Assembly (NCBI RefSeq): GCF_001194135.2
Contig: NC_068988.1
Location: 29,207,194 to 29,271,193 of the forward strand
Source of the DNA: Octopus bimaculoides
Taxonomy: Eukaryota
Direction: 5' to 3'
Length of the DNA stretch: 64,000 nucleotides
The notes beneath the pieces are model-generated. The model saw nothing but the letters and a program-made list of their open reading frames with translations. It ran no database searches and was not told the DNA's origin. Position 1 is the first letter of the stretch; each line of letters starts with the position of its first letter. Positions 1 through 64,000 of this stretch are shown piece after piece. Both the position numbers and the translations under genes were made by a program.

Positions 1-197
1 TTATCTAACATTGGCACAATTTGTGTGTGTATGTGTGTGTGTGCGCATGTGCATGTGAGAGAGAGGGGAAGGGGTATAGTTGATTAAACCAACCTCAGAA
101 CTCGACTGGTACTTTTGGCATTATATTTCATTAATAATAAGAAAGAAAGACAAAATTTTTTTAAAGGATTTTTAACTTAGACAGTAATAAGCTAAAA

Positions 198-482
198 CAT
201 CATCATCATTATCGTTTAACATCCGCTTTCCATGCTGACATGGGTTGGACGGTTTGACTGAGATCTGGAAAGCCAGTAGGATGCACCTAGCTCCAATCTG
301 ATCTGGCAATGTTTCTACTGCTAGATGCCCTTCCTAATGCCAACCACTCCGAGAGTGTAGTGGGTGCTTTTTTACATGCCACTGGCATGAGAGCCAGTCA
401 GGGGACACTGGCATTGACCATGTTCAGATGGTACTTTTTACGTGCCACCGGCACGGAGCCAGTCAGGGGGCACTGGTATTAA
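198..482 (-). mobile_element. SINE family A (GGAAGGGCATCC core, ...GTTAAACGATGATG tail)
   Basis: About 20 copies in window, e.g. 988-1240(+), 6680-6900(-), 9292-9480(-), 20370-20560(+), 23495-23730(-), 25095-25270(+), 41222-41450(+), 42660-42860(+), 60020-60260(+). Confidence 0.8.
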
Positions 483-944
483 TATGATGGTTCTAGTGAA
501 AGTAGCAGAATGGCTTTAACACGAATTGGTTTCAAATTTGAGACTTCTTGACAGAACTTGACCCTATGAACTGTGATGTTTTCTCAAGCACATCATATCG
601 TCTGACGCTTCATCCAAGACAATTTTCTGACGCTCAAATGATTCTACAAATCAGCCAAAATAATTTAATAATTAGGAATGCATTTCACAAGTTATGTAAT
701 TATAAAAAAAAAAGCTCATTAATTGAGGTGCTAATTATGCTGATCAATCAAACTCACAGATCAACAGTTTAAAATTTCACAAACATCCCCATTAAAACCC
801 CTAACAGAAGAACCCTGGTATTGCAGCCAGCTATGGGATGGGACAAGTGAAAGAGCAAAGGAGGCAAACCAACAAGAGAGTTACAATATGGTTGCTTGAC
901 TTGTTAGAAATAACAGCGAAAAGAAGAGCATATTGAATAATAAG

Positions 945-987
<43 letters not shown>

Positions 988-991
<4 letters not shown>

Positions 992-1240
992 CGGTGGCAT
1001 GTAAAAAGCACCATTCGAGCATGGCCAATGCCAGTGCTGCCTGACTGGCTCCTGTACTGGTGGTACGTAAAAAGCACCCACTACACTCTCAGAGTGGTTG
1101 GCATTAGGAAGGGCATCCAGCTGTAGAAACCTTGCTAGATCAAATTGAAGCCTGGTGCAGCCTCCTGGCTAGCCAGTCCTCAGTCAAACCATCCGACCCA
1201 TGCCAGCATGGAAAGTGGATGTTAAACAACGATGATGATG
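988..1240 (+). mobile_element. SINE family A, inverted relative to 198-482
   Basis: GGCATTAGGAAGGGCATCCAGCTGTAGAAACC...GTTAAACAACGATGATGATG. Confidence 0.8.
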
Positions 1241-1421
1241 AAAATAAACCATATCTGTTCAATCAAGATGATCCGAGGATAAATAACCTCTGATGGACAT
1301 CATCCTTGTCAAGAGATTAGAAAACTGTAAAGAGAAACATTTCTTCTCCAAAATTTTGCTAAAACAATCAGACCCAAAATATTTATGTAGAGAATTATTC
1401 AAAGAAATGGTTAAGACTTAC

Positions 1422-63930
<62,509 letters not shown>

Positions 63931-64000
63931 CTGTAAATAATTAAGAAAATTAAGACACTGTATTTAGTATCAATACCAGACAAAATAAATACATACGTTA

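Noticed and set aside
1-1421. Further WD40 exons or a second gene
   Set aside because: I found no GGHWD-type or other WD40 coding segment; the region is SINE and microsatellite intron. I saw no supported plus-strand gene anywhere in the window.

Overview
AT-rich, microsatellite- and SINE-laden animal genomic DNA. The repeat families look like those of a coleoid cephalopod (Octopus); this is recalled, not searched. Five N-gaps are present. The whole window lies inside one minus-strand gene, a neurobeachin-like (NBEAL1/NBEAL2-type) BEACH-domain gene. I traced 46 GT-AG coding exons by hand (63930 to 1422, 6,613 nt, about 2,203 codons, all phases compatible, no stops). They cover the ARM-like N-terminal region, ConA-like domain, DUF4704/DUF4800-type middle, PH-BEACH, BEACH and the linker into the WD40 region. 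The start codon and most WD40 exons lie outside the window. Introns hold several tRNA-derived SINE families, a decayed mariner, an RTE LINE 3' fragment, MITEs and minisatellites. The most notable unannotated signal is a set of hammerhead-ribozyme motifs in the introns. One is a complete type-I hammerhead sense to the pre-mRNA (40117-40164). One is a minimal Penelope-type hammerhead with a palindromic stem III (9622-9669). A tRNA-headed, TSD-flanked SINE family also carries a hammerhead in its 3' half (38472-38689, 7545-7695, 3272-3443). Further degenerate copies occur. All folds were made by eye; activity and novelty are untested.
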